This document shows positions 18,890 to 28,089 of a stretch of DNA of 64,000 bases, in pieces. This DNA comes from a virus: the IMG/VR virus record IMGVR_UViG_3300044981_000387, positions 32,001-96,000 of that record, one strand, 5' to 3'. Within the stretch, counting starts at the first letter, position 1. Every line of letters begins with the position of its first letter. The translations under genes and the position numbers were made by a program. The notes under the pieces are model-generated. The model saw only the letters and a list, made by a program, of their open reading frames with translations, was not told where the DNA came from and searched no databases.

Positions 18890-20433
18890 TAAAAGAATCC
18901 TTCTAATGTAGGTTGACCTTTCATTGGCTTTTCCATATTATGTAAAGATCGCGTCAAAGAGCGGATAGTATTCATTTGACCAGATACTTCCGAAATTTTG
19001 GAACCCAAATCTTCTATAGATAAACCCTTCTCTAACAAGTCCATCACCGCATTGATATTGGTTCTAGTCTTGGTGGCCAACTCAAAAAGTTGCAATCTCA
19101 AACCAGAACTTTTACCTGGTAGTAGTTGGTGTCGTTTCTTACCCAACCACTTTTGCAAAAAAGCCTGAGCTACCACCTCTAACTGGTCGGAGGCTGAATT
19201 AACTTGTGGCGAAACAGTAGGGGTAGGCTCAACCACAACTTCTTGTTTTTTTGTTGATGGCTGCTTTTTAATTTCTTTCTGTAGTAAAACTGGTCGTAAT
19301 GGAGTTTGCGCTTTTCCACCAGTTCGTTCTCCAGTATAAGATGAAAACTCAGCTATAGTTTCATACATTACATGACCATCTGGAACTTGAGCTAAAATCT
19401 TTTTTAATGCTTCCAAAGTTGAATTGGATTGAAAAACAACCTCTACATCCGGAATAGGAACTTTTGCACCTTCATTAGTGATAGTTTGTGGTTCTATTTT
19501 TAGATTTGATATCTGAACTCCCGAAATCTTTGCCATTTGCAAAAAGCGTGTCACATCAATTGGAGCTTCAGCTCTAAACTTATATTTAATTAAAGAATTA
19601 GGCAACTCTTGTTCTGCACCAGGCGCCAATTCATCTTTCATCTCCTCAGGACGTGGAGTTTGTCCCGGTATACTATTAACATACTGATTAAAATAACGAG
19701 AAACAGTGGACCACTCATTCCAAGCTTGCTGTTGATCTTTATAAGCAGATATTACGCTATCTTTGGAGGACTTGGAAATTTGCACCTGAAATCTACCTAA
19801 AGCTCGATAAGACTTAAGGGCAGCCTTCAATAAATCCATGCGCATCCTTCTTTTTTGTGCCCCTGCGCCCACTCCAACTCGTGGAGTTCGCATCTTAGTT
19901 AAGAGACGACTAAAAGGATTAGATCCCTCAGATACTAACTCATATTTATGTTCCCAAGCCGCGCCCAACTGTTTAGTCAACTCACTACCAGTAGGGGCTG
20001 GGGTAGCCGCTATAGGAGAAGCAACTTCAGGTCCAGTAGGACCATATTTTTCATCCAACTTGTTAAGTGTTTGAGTGGCTTGGTCGGTTCTTTTTTGACG
20101 ACGAGTTTGTGAATATTGCGCTTGTTGTTGAGATATAGCGGCGCCCTGTTGAGCTAAATCCTGAAAATGACTGGCTAATGAATTAACAATAGAGGCAGGA
20201 TCGGCTGGAATAGGTAGGGTAATTTTAGAGCGTTCCTTAAAATATTTACTTGGCCAACCATTCATTAGTTTCTTAAAATGGATCACATCATTCAGGAATG
20301 ACGAAACTTCCTTATTCCAGGCAGCCTTAGTCTGTCGGAGTTTTTCCTGCGCCGGGTCCATAGATGTTTTTCTAGCCTCTTTAGAGGTCATGAAAAGATA
20401 TGGAATTATTGCTATTTTATAATAGCAGCACAC
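18889..20433 (-). CDS. large hypothetical protein (start uncertain, probably MTSKE or MDPAQ)
   Basis: about 500-aa ORF with helical blocks and Pro/Ala linkers. Confidence 0.7.
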   Translation of the reverse strand: MCCYYKIAIIPYLFMTSKEARKTSMDPAQEKLRQTKAAWNKEVSSFLNDVIHFKKLMNGWPSKYFKERSKITLPIPADPASIVNSLASHFQDLAQQGAAISQQQAQYSQTRRQKRTDQATQTLNKLDEKYGPTGPEVASPIAATPAPTGSELTKQLGAAWEHKYELVSEGSNPFSRLLTKMRTPRVGVGAGAQKRRMRMDLLKAALKSYRALGRFQVQISKSSKDSVISAYKDQQQAWNEWSTVSRYFNQYVNSIPGQTPRPEEMKDELAPGAEQELPNSLIKYKFRAEAPIDVTRFLQMAKISGVQISNLKIEPQTITNEGAKVPIPDVEVVFQSNSTLEALKKILAQVPDGHVMYETIAEFSSYTGERTGGKAQTPLRPVLLQKEIKKQPSTKKQEVVVEPTPTVSPQVNSASDQLEVVAQAFLQKWLGKKRHQLLPGKSSGLRLQLFELATKTRTNINAVMDLLEKGLSIEDLGSKISEVSGQMNTIRSLTRSLHNMEKPMKGQPTLEGFF

Positions 20434-20437
20434 TCAT

Positions 20438-21031
20438 TTAGATAATATGGTCAATTAGGCCATACTGATAGGCAGACTCAGCGTCCATCCATTTTTCAGT
20501 TTGACAATCTGCCTTAACCTTCTCAAATGTTTGATTAGTGTGTTTGGCCATCACTCTTAGCATAGCGTCATTTTCCGCATCAACGAACTCCAAATAGTTT
20601 TTACTATTAGTAAAATCAAATCCAGGAATGGGAAAAACAAATTGACTACCATGAATCATGACCTTAGAACTTCGCAAAGCGAAACGCATTCCCTTGGTAC
20701 CAGTAGCTAATACCCAAGCACCAGCCGAATAAGCTTTACCTAATAAAATTGTTTTAACAGGAGCATGGATCATTTGCATAACGTCATAGATATTGGCCAT
20801 ACCAGTAGCTGCACCACCATTAGTATGGATATATACATTGATTTCGGTATCAGGATCCTGATGATCGTAATACAACATAAGAGCAGACATTTCGGCTCCC
20901 ATTTTGTCGCTAACATCTTCTGAAAGGAAGATGGCTCGATCTTTGGTCATCTTAACATAACTTTCAGAATAACCTAATACTAAAGGAGCGCGTAATGGTT
21001 CATGCTCATGCTTGTTATAATTCTTATTCAT
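20438..21031 (-). CDS. clpP: ClpP protease proteolytic subunit (catalytic Ser and His retained)
   Basis: IHTNGG, GKAYSAGA, KVMIHG, ESAYQYGLIDHI. Confidence 0.9.
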   Translation of the reverse strand: MNKNYNKHEHEPLRAPLVLGYSESYVKMTKDRAIFLSEDVSDKMGAEMSALMLYYDHQDPDTEINVYIHTNGGAATGMANIYDVMQMIHAPVKTILLGKAYSAGAWVLATGTKGMRFALRSSKVMIHGSQFVFPIPGFDFTNSKNYLEFVDAENDAMLRVMAKHTNQTFEKVKADCQTEKWMDAESAYQYGLIDHII

Positions 21032-21033
21032 AA

Positions 21034-21621
21034 TTAGGCCTTATTGTAATTAACAATTCCATCAATAAATCCATACTTCATAGCTTGCTTTGCATTAAAA
21101 AAGACTCGACGATCGAAATCTTTTCTTACCTGGCTGATGGTCTTTCCAGACGTACCAGCCAAAATATCCATTAAACGATCGTTATCCATTTTATGTTGCT
21201 GCATTATAGCAGCAGCGCCTGGTAAATCGGTATGCATATGCAAACCTGGTAATAATTGGGTAGCTGCAATAATAGCATGCTTAGTAGCAAAACGCATCCC
21301 AGGCGCACCACCCGTCAATAAAATTAAGGCCTCATCCATAGCCGCACCAATACAAACCGTTTCAATGGGAGCCTGAATCATTGTCATGACATCGTAAATC
21401 ATAAAAGCATTACGAATATCACCACCATGAGAATTGATGAAAAGCGTAATTTTTTTATCAGGATCTTCACTATCCTTTAGGAGCAAAGTAGCTACCATAT
21501 CAGTGGCTAATTCGTCATGCAGCTCTTCACTCAAAAATAAAATACGGTCCTGTGCCAGCTTCTGATAAACATCCATTGCCACATCGCCATTTTCTGTTTG
21601 CTCTAAAACTAGTGTATTCAA
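21034..21621 (-). CDS. ClpP-like subunit lacking catalytic residues (ClpR-like)
   Basis: DVYQKLAQDRILFL, FINSHGG; nucleophile position reads AMDEA and the His position reads IAATQ. Confidence 0.85.
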   Translation of the reverse strand: MNTLVLEQTENGDVAMDVYQKLAQDRILFLSEELHDELATDMVATLLLKDSEDPDKKITLFINSHGGDIRNAFMIYDVMTMIQAPIETVCIGAAMDEALILLTGGAPGMRFATKHAIIAATQLLPGLHMHTDLPGAAAIMQQHKMDNDRLMDILAGTSGKTISQVRKDFDRRVFFNAKQAMKYGFIDGIVNYNKA

Positions 21622-21623
21622 GA

Positions 21624-21977
21624 TTATAACCTCTTTCGTTGTTTTTCTTCAGTTTCTCGGTCTTCTGCACAAGAGACACAGGTTTGGAAGTGTGGATTAA
21701 GAATCAGTCTTTTTTCTGGAATAGACTCCTCGCAATCTTGACATAAACCATAAGTTTGTTTATCAATGCGTTGAAGGGCATCGTCAATTTGCTTGAGCTT
21801 AAAAGTAGCACGAGAAGTGAGACGATTATTCATTTCCGCAATCATGGTGCCTTGGATTAAATCCGTCTCGTCTCCCTCTGTGTCTATATCTCGTTCCTGC
21901 TGAACCTGCGCCAAAATCTCTTTCTTTTGTGATAATAACAGCTCTTTCATTTTAGTTAAAAAACTTTTGTTTAACAT
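21624..21977 (-). CDS. dksA: DksA/TraR C4-type zinc finger transcription factor
   Basis: coiled-coil tip GDETD, YGLCQDCEESIPEKRL, CVSC. Confidence 0.9.
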   Translation of the reverse strand: MLNKSFLTKMKELLLSQKKEILAQVQQERDIDTEGDETDLIQGTMIAEMNNRLTSRATFKLKQIDDALQRIDKQTYGLCQDCEESIPEKRLILNPHFQTCVSCAEDRETEEKQRKRL

Positions 21978-21978
21978 T

Positions 21979-22371
21979 TTATATAAACCTCAAATCAGAA
22001 ATGGGCACCGTAATAGTCCCCTTGGGTGATGGTAGATTTTTATCATCTATCCTTTTGATAAAGACCAAATATGCATGGTTTTCCGGTTCCTGCAACAAAA
22101 AAGCATCTACTAACCAGTCATTGTAGGTAGCTCGTTTGGTTTGATTGGAAAACTTGAGAACACGATTATTCTCAATTATTTGCCTTTTCTTTTTGTAAAA
22201 TGGGCCCAATACTTCTTTAGGTTGAAAAGCAATTTGTTCTACAAATAAATCAGCAGCTTCTTTAGGAGTTTCCGCTGCAATTACTCGTGTCATTAGCTCA
22301 TTATTACTAGAAATACCAACACAAACAAACACAGTTTGGCGGGCGCCCCTTCTTCCACTCATTTTATTCAC
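21979..22371 (-). CDS. hypothetical protein
   Basis: 130-aa ORF. Confidence 0.65.
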   Translation of the reverse strand: MNKMSGRRGARQTVFVCVGISSNNELMTRVIAAETPKEAADLFVEQIAFQPKEVLGPFYKKKRQIIENNRVLKFSNQTKRATYNDWLVDAFLLQEPENHAYLVFIKRIDDKNLPSPKGTITVPISDLRFI

Positions 22372-22385
22372 CTATGTTAAAATTG

Positions 22386-23138
22386 TCAAGACGACAATTT
22401 TTCTAAAATTTTAGTTTGATGCCTAATTCTCATTGTCCCATCTAAAATATTCTGTTTAGCTGAATAGGGGCGTAAGTTCTCTAATGCCCAACATTTTTGG
22501 AAATTATCGTCATTCATAGAAGAATAAGGTAAATCAGATTGAGGAACTATATGATCAATATTCCACTTCCAAGTTAAAGGGTTATTATCGTCCCACGTCT
22601 TAGGATCATACTTTCCCTGATTATCCCAAGTCATCCATAGCTCGAATTGTGCTTCTAAATGTTCTTTTAATTCTTGAATTGAATATAATAAATGTTGAAG
22701 GCACGATCCCTTCTTCTTACTATTAGCTCTTTTAATTGCCGCTCTTATAGAGGCGGAAACAATAGTTCGCAACCTAAATGCTGGATCATTTTGAGCGCGC
22801 ACTTTAAGATATTCTTTATCATAAGTTTTATGATATTCTTTGTTATATTCTTTTTTAGCTATTTTGGCATCTTCATTTTCTTGAAGATAGAGTTTTTGAC
22901 ATTCTAAAAGGTGATCTTTATTTTCTTGATAATAATTTTTATGTTGAATATCTAATTGTTCTTTATTTTCTTGATAATATTTTTTACCATATTCTGATAT
23001 ATGTTCTTTATATTTTTGACGATTTTCTTTTTGACAAGACTTACACTTACCATTTTTTCTTACTAATTGTGATTTAACAAATTCTGATATTGACTTTTCT
23101 GTTTTACATTTTCTACAAATTTTAGTATTTGCGTTCAT
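22386..23138 (-). CDS. HNH-type (homing) endonuclease
   Basis: KICRKC...CKSC N-terminus, YYQENK repeats, WNIDHIVP...WALENLRP...N. Confidence 0.8.
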   Translation of the reverse strand: MNANTKICRKCKTEKSISEFVKSQLVRKNGKCKSCQKENRQKYKEHISEYGKKYYQENKEQLDIQHKNYYQENKDHLLECQKLYLQENEDAKIAKKEYNKEYHKTYDKEYLKVRAQNDPAFRLRTIVSASIRAAIKRANSKKKGSCLQHLLYSIQELKEHLEAQFELWMTWDNQGKYDPKTWDDNNPLTWKWNIDHIVPQSDLPYSSMNDDNFQKCWALENLRPYSAKQNILDGTMRIRHQTKILEKLSS

Positions 23139-23152
23139 CGTGCCTCCTATAC

Positions 23153-23485
23153 TTATATATCACTTGGAGGCAAAGTTTTGTCAAGATCCAAAAATGAAAC
23201 CAATTTTTTATGAATTGAAGGTGCTAATAAAAATCGCATTATGCGATGTCCTGGCGACAATACCATTTGTCGTAATCGAACATTATGATACCATCGTGGC
23301 TTGGTTGGTTGAAGGGTAATGTTTCCTAAATTAACTATCTTAATTGATTTCCCTTGACGCAAATCTTTCAATATTTCCTCAAACAAAATATTGATAACAG
23401 CCAATACATGATAACGGTGTAATAATCGTTTAATTTTACGATTAACATAGCGCCATAAATCTCGTTTACTAATGCTAGATGACAT
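23153..23485 (-). CDS. HU/IHF family DNA-binding protein
   Basis: ISKRDL..., GKSIKIVNLGNITLQPTKPRWYHN, RIMRF pattern. Confidence 0.8.
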   Translation of the reverse strand: MSSSISKRDLWRYVNRKIKRLLHRYHVLAVINILFEEILKDLRQGKSIKIVNLGNITLQPTKPRWYHNVRLRQMVLSPGHRIMRFLLAPSIHKKLVSFLDLDKTLPPSDI

Positions 23486-23487
23486 GC

Positions 23488-23859
23488 TTACTTTTCATAA
23501 ATTGATGACTTACGATTACCCTTCATTCTTCTTAACTTGGGCCAATATCGATATTTGAGGACATCAGAATATATATCCTTGGTGGTATCAAGTTCCATCT
23601 GGATACCTTTATACTTCGTTACACTATTATCTATTAGACTACCATGAATACTTCTAACGCGTCCATCATCATCCGCAAAGGAGATAACGGCGGCACGACA
23701 ATTAGAACAAGCTTCGGTAATAGAGTTATCAATTGAATATGTATTCAACCTATCTTTTCTATGAAAAGATTTGCCACACATAGTGTGATAATAACCGCGC
23801 GCTGTTAGCCAATTAATATAATGTATCTCGCCTTTACGAGTTTGTAAACAAGCAATCAT
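23488..23859 (-). CDS. hypothetical protein
   Basis: 123-aa ORF with CG and CSNC. Confidence 0.6.
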   Translation of the reverse strand: MIACLQTRKGEIHYINWLTARGYYHTMCGKSFHRKDRLNTYSIDNSITEACSNCRAAVISFADDDGRVRSIHGSLIDNSVTKYKGIQMELDTTKDIYSDVLKYRYWPKLRRMKGNRKSSIYEK

Positions 23860-24308
23860 AACATTATTCCTAATAAAAACTGCATATATTCATCAAACTT
23901 TTCGCCCCTAATTAAATCGCTACCAGATTTAGTTATTATCTTGGCTTCCATTAACTGTTTGTGGCAAAACTTAAGTTCCGAAGGATCTACGGAAAACAAA
24001 CCCTCTAAAATATAATTATTACCTACACTTTGACAAATTAATTTACAAGTTTGCGGATACTGAAGATTAAAAAAAGAAAGCAGTTTAACTTCTTCTGTTT
24101 TAGGCTTGGGTTTGTCAAAAGTAGCAATGACATCTAATAACTTAGAACGATTAATTTTTATTGCTTCTACTGCCCTAATTTGATCGTCAATTTTTTGCAA
24201 TTCAATTTTAGCCTCCTTAACTATTTCTTCCGGCGTAAGAACTCCACGCCCTACACATTGAGAAATAAAAGAACTAACAAACTCAGGATCAGCTTTCTTG
24301 CCCCTCAT
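23856..24308 (-). CDS. hypothetical protein
   Basis: 150-aa ORF. Confidence 0.65.
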   Translation of the reverse strand: MRGKKADPEFVSSFISQCVGRGVLTPEEIVKEAKIELQKIDDQIRAVEAIKINRSKLLDVIATFDKPKPKTEEVKLLSFFNLQYPQTCKLICQSVGNNYILEGLFSVDPSELKFCHKQLMEAKIITKSGSDLIRGEKFDEYMQFLLGIML

Positions 24309-24834
24309 TGTCTACCTCACAGTAAGCATTATGAAAATTAATCATAGTTAATAGCGTCTCATAGTTTTTTTGATAATCAGTGCATTTACTCCAACCCAAA
24401 CCAATATCTTTGAGTTGCTCCATAGCCGCTAAAAAGGTAGCCTGCAAAAAAGTATTACATGGCATCCAATCCTTTTCATTAATGGAAACGGCAATCAAAG
24501 CTTCACTATCGACGGAGGGATCGCAGACTAAATAAACTCCATAACTAGGGTTATCGGTAAATTGTACGATAAGACAAAACTCCGGTATCTCTGAATCTTG
24601 GGAACAATCTCCCAATAAAATCTTGAACTCTTTTTGATCTACTGCGACTTGGCATCCATAAACAGGATTTCTAATAATATCACCACTCTCACCTCTAAAT
24701 AGCAATTTCTGTTCTAACATAAACTCTTTGCTATGCAGAGAACGAGTTTGAGTATAATCAATAAAAGAAGAGGGAACGACTCCAAAATTGGATAAAATAT
24801 GACGAACAATATGCTCCATTAATATTACGTTCAT
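24289..24834 (-). CDS. hypothetical protein
   Basis: 181-aa ORF. Confidence 0.65.
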   Translation of the reverse strand: MNVILMEHIVRHILSNFGVVPSSFIDYTQTRSLHSKEFMLEQKLLFRGESGDIIRNPVYGCQVAVDQKEFKILLGDCSQDSEIPEFCLIVQFTDNPSYGVYLVCDPSVDSEALIAVSINEKDWMPCNTFLQATFLAAMEQLKDIGLGWSKCTDYQKNYETLLTMINFHNAYCEVDNEGQES

Positions 24835-25151
24835 TACTTTTTACCAGCTTTTATCACCTGACTTAAAATAACTCTTAAATCGGGCATGCTAAAATCAAGA
24901 GGTGGCAATTTGCTATGAGCCTCTTCAATATATTTCTCAAAAGCAAAATCATTGCCAGCAATTCGTCGAGTAGCTAACTCTTGCATACACATCACACTAA
25001 TTTGTTTGTCGATACTAAAATAACGATCACACACTACCATTTCACATAACTTTTCTGAAGAATATTGTGGAAGATTAGCGCGAACCTTATCTATGTCCAA
25101 TTGAACTGCTTCTTCATCCGAAGGCAACTCTTCTGTTTCTTTATTTGTCAT
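24834..25151 (-). CDS. hypothetical protein
   Basis: 105-aa ORF. Confidence 0.65.
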   Translation of the reverse strand: MTNKETEELPSDEEAVQLDIDKVRANLPQYSSEKLCEMVVCDRYFSIDKQISVMCMQELATRRIAGNDFAFEKYIEEAHSKLPPLDFSMPDLRVILSQVIKAGKK

Positions 25152-25491
25152 AATTCCTCAAAGACGGCGGAGTGGAAACACATGCCTTTAAGGCAGGGAA
25201 TATAACTCCTTTTTTGCGATGGGTAAAAAAAGATAATTTGCAATCAAAAAATAATTTGTTAAAGTTTAACACTTTGCCTAAAATTAACAGGTCCCTAATA
25301 CTAGAAAATACAGCTTTAACAATAATGCCAACTTCTGACTTGTCAATCAACGGATACCTTTGATATACTCGTTCTACTAAATCTTGATTATTCTTAAGAC
25401 TAATGGGATAATTGATATTCATATAATCAACTACTTGTTGATGTGATAGATCCTTAAAGTAAAAGGATCTGGCGATCTTAACCTTCTTCAT
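25141..25491 (-). CDS. second, divergent HU/IHF-like protein
   Basis: DLVERVYQRYPLIDKSEVGIIVKAVFSSIRDLLILGKVLNF resembles the IHF-beta N-terminal helices. Confidence 0.6.
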   Translation of the reverse strand: MKKVKIARSFYFKDLSHQQVVDYMNINYPISLKNNQDLVERVYQRYPLIDKSEVGIIVKAVFSSIRDLLILGKVLNFNKLFFDCKLSFFTHRKKGVIFPALKACVSTPPSLRNYDK

Positions 25492-25687
25492 ACCACTAAA
25501 TATACCCCGACAGAACAGGTTGTGTTGCCCTATATAGACATTCCCCCTACAAGATCCCCCACAGGTTTGTCGAGAAAAAGGTCGCCAATGATGGGTGCAT
25601 ATTATATTAAAATTGTTGAGTGATGCGGCTGTTATAATAACTACACTTACCTAAACCACTGGTGGTAGTACACTATTTTGATCTAGG

Positions 25688-26194
25688 ATGCTAATAAAAC
25701 TATATATTTATGCCATCCCCATTTCAGAGGACTTTTCTATGGATCAAAGCTGTAAAATAGCTGCACTTTATATAGCTACATTAAAGACTATAGCCCTAAT
25801 CCATCAGCAAAATCATTGGACTACAAAAGGCGATAGCTTTTATGGTGATCATTTATTATTCGAGAGAATATATAATTCTGCTTTAGAAAACCTAGACTTA
25901 GCAGCTGAAAAGTTTATGGGACTATTGGGGCCCGATTGTCTGGACTACACTTTACAGGCAGAATTGCTCCATAAAGTTCTATTGAAGTATAAGAGTCTGG
26001 AGGGCGAACCGCTGTCCATGTCCCTTTCCATTGAGAAAGATTTTCTTAAATTATCTCAGCAGGCCTACGATAGCTTTAAGGAAGACGAGGGCAAGCTGAC
26101 TTTGGGACTTGACGACATGCTAATGGCTATCGCCAGCAAACGTGAAGAAGCCGTCTATTTACTACAACAACCTCTTAGGGGCCACCATGAATAA
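25688..26194 (+). CDS. Dps/ferritin-like protein
   Basis: HQQNHWTTKGDSFYGDHLLFERIY...DLAAEK ferroxidase-type motif; the start may be MDQSC. Confidence 0.8.
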   Translation: MLIKLYIYAIPISEDFSMDQSCKIAALYIATLKTIALIHQQNHWTTKGDSFYGDHLLFERIYNSALENLDLAAEKFMGLLGPDCLDYTLQAELLHKVLLKYKSLEGEPLSMSLSIEKDFLKLSQQAYDSFKEDEGKLTLGLDDMLMAIASKREEAVYLLQQPLRGHHE

Positions 26195-26585
26195 AGAAGA
26201 TCTCATTTTACGCCAACTAGTTAAGATAGCTGATAAACAACAAAAAATTATTCAGAAACTAGCTCAAACAGTGGCTGAAAACCCATCTGGCGATATGAAT
26301 ATTACACCTCCTGCTCCTATGCAGGATCCTAATATTGAATATCTAATGGGTGCTATTCCAGTAGCAGCCGCCAATGTAGGTATCAATAATGTGGTAGTTA
26401 TAAGTGTAGATAAACAGCCGAGTGCCCAACCTAACTCGGGAGCTACCATGGATGATACCTATATAGCTCAAATTAAAGGCATTCCAACTAAACAAGGTAA
26501 TACTTTTAAGCAAGTATGGGATAAACAATTAGCCACCCAAAAACCCGATCTAGTGGGACGTGTTGGTTTCGCTTTCGTAAATTAA
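26187..26585 (+). CDS. hypothetical protein (possible virion protein) with KQQKIIQKLAQ leader
   Basis: likely start MNKED at 26187; leader shared with the next gene. Confidence 0.65.
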   Translation: MNKEDLILRQLVKIADKQQKIIQKLAQTVAENPSGDMNITPPAPMQDPNIEYLMGAIPVAAANVGINNVVVISVDKQPSAQPNSGATMDDTYIAQIKGIPTKQGNTFKQVWDKQLATQKPDLVGRVGFAFVN

Positions 26586-26598
26586 TAGGAGTAGAGTT

Positions 26599-26997
26599 AT
26601 GGATTCTAAAAAAGTTATTGAAAAGTTAGCTGGCATTGTTGCCAAACAACAAAAAATTATTGAAAAGTTGGCTCAAGCCGTACAGCTTCCAGGTAGCGGC
26701 GATCCAGTTTTAAGCGGTGGTAAAGATCCTACCCCTCCGGTACATCCAGCTGCTCCACAAAACTTTCAGCCAAAAACCCCCAATTTGCGTGATGCGGATA
26801 TTATTTTGGCTGCTTTACCCCCAGCTGTTAAACCAGCCGTAGCTAAATTAGAAGTGCATGATAATGATATCTTAGTCAGATTTCATTCTAATAAGGATAG
26901 CGACCAAGCTTTTAATACGGTAATTCAGACTGTTCATAGCTTGCAGGCTGCCAATAAACTATCGGGCCACACCTATCAAGTCAAGCAGGTAGCTTAA
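26599..26997 (+). CDS. hypothetical protein (possible virion protein) with KQQKIIEKLAQ leader
   Basis: SD GGAG upstream; paralogous N-terminus. Confidence 0.7.
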   Translation: MDSKKVIEKLAGIVAKQQKIIEKLAQAVQLPGSGDPVLSGGKDPTPPVHPAAPQNFQPKTPNLRDADIILAALPPAVKPAVAKLEVHDNDILVRFHSNKDSDQAFNTVIQTVHSLQAANKLSGHTYQVKQVA

Positions 26998-27289
26998 TAC
27001 GATATTGTAGTGTCATATTTAGTGCCTCAAAAACATTGATATTGTCAATGAGAGAAATGTGCGTCAAAGTTAATAGAACCTCGCCCAAAGTGCGGGACTT
27101 TATATTTTGACGATCCTCTTCTGACATTTCAGTTCTGGCATCTAGTGCTTTATATAAATTAATTTTTAATAGTAATTCTTCCATCAAAACAGCGGTATTA
27201 GTCTGATTATCTTGATCAGTTTCTTGATGTAGTTGTTCGCATGCATTCCACAGATCATCAAAAGTCTTGAACGTACTATGTTCTGTCAT
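26981..27289 (-). CDS. MazG-like (all-alpha NTP-PPase fold) hypothetical protein
   Basis: LMEEL...TLGEVLLTLTHISLIDNINVFEAL pattern. Confidence 0.45.
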   Translation of the reverse strand: MTEHSTFKTFDDLWNACEQLHQETDQDNQTNTAVLMEELLLKINLYKALDARTEMSEEDRQNIKSRTLGEVLLTLTHISLIDNINVFEALNMTLQYRIKLPA

Positions 27290-27474
27290 TGATCGGAATC
27301 ATCCATCAAAGCAATTTGCATCTCTTCTGTGCCTATTTCAGAAGTATAGATAAGAAACACTACTCCTTGCGAGCAGTCAATGGATACGGGTGCTTTCAGC
27401 TTCCCCACATAAAAGACTTGGTGATTTTTATCTTCTCTTGCACGCAATTCAATAACTAAGTTCTTATTAGACAT
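27286..27474 (-). CDS. hypothetical protein
   Basis: 62-aa ORF. Confidence 0.55.
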   Translation of the reverse strand: MSNKNLVIELRAREDKNHQVFYVGKLKAPVSIDCSQGVVFLIYTSEIGTEEMQIALMDDSDQ

Positions 27475-27502
27475 GTTGTCTCCAAATATTCAATAACAGA
27501 TA

Positions 27503-27976
27503 TTATCTTTTGTAAAAATTAATCACATCATTAGAGAGCTTAATGACGTTTAGTTTCTTCCAATGATGACTGAGAAGAGTGGAATATTGGGTATTCAATA
27601 ATTCAGAAACAACGGGTGGATCAAAACTAATACCATTATCTAGAATCTGAAACTCGCGCCCTCGTTCAATTAACGCCTGAGAGGCTAAAGCATATAATGT
27701 GGCGCCCTCTACTAACACTTCAGTAAAGGTCTCTACAAATAGACTATCTTCCAAAGAATAATAGGTAAAAGTAGGTATTTGATTAAACTCCGAAATAGAT
27801 AAGTCAATAAAGCTTTCTAATACCTCTTTAGTATAAATATCACAATCTACATAAATAGTATTACCCTCTGTATCAGAGGACTTGGTTTTACCACTACTAC
27901 GCAGCCTATCTTGAAGAAAAGATACTAAGGTGTCAGAGTTAGTTTGGGCGGTGTCAGAAAGTTTCTTGTTTCTCAT
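27503..27976 (-). CDS. hypothetical protein, possibly head-completion/neck-like
   Basis: 157-aa ORF; weak resemblance only. Confidence 0.45.
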   Translation of the reverse strand: MRNKKLSDTAQTNSDTLVSFLQDRLRSSGKTKSSDTEGNTIYVDCDIYTKEVLESFIDLSISEFNQIPTFTYYSLEDSLFVETFTEVLVEGATLYALASQALIERGREFQILDNGISFDPPVVSELLNTQYSTLLSHHWKKLNVIKLSNDVINFYKR

Positions 27977-28006
27977 ATCGACTTATATATCAGCAGCTTA
28001 TATTAG

Positions 28007-28082
28007 TGGTGCCCTCAGCAAGAATTGCACCTGCGACATTCGCCTTAGGAGAGCGACGTTCTATCTGCTGAACTATGAGGGC
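28007..28082 (-). tRNA. tRNA-Arg(CCT)
   Basis: GCCCTCA/TGAGGGC acceptor, GTTC/GAAC D-stem, TCGCT-CT CCT AA-GGCGA, T-loop TGCAATT, encoded CCA, 76 nt. Confidence 0.9.
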
Positions 28083-28089
28083 GTTCTAT

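Noticed and set aside
22800-23100. Repeated ttcttgataat units resembling an array
   Set aside because: They encode the YYQENK repeats of the HNH protein and have no spacer structure. No CRISPR array was found anywhere in the window.
25478-25600. Short minus-strand ORF MHPSL... containing two in-frame TAGs
   Set aside because: No SD sequence or recognisable motif, and it lies in a divergent promoter region; likely non-coding.
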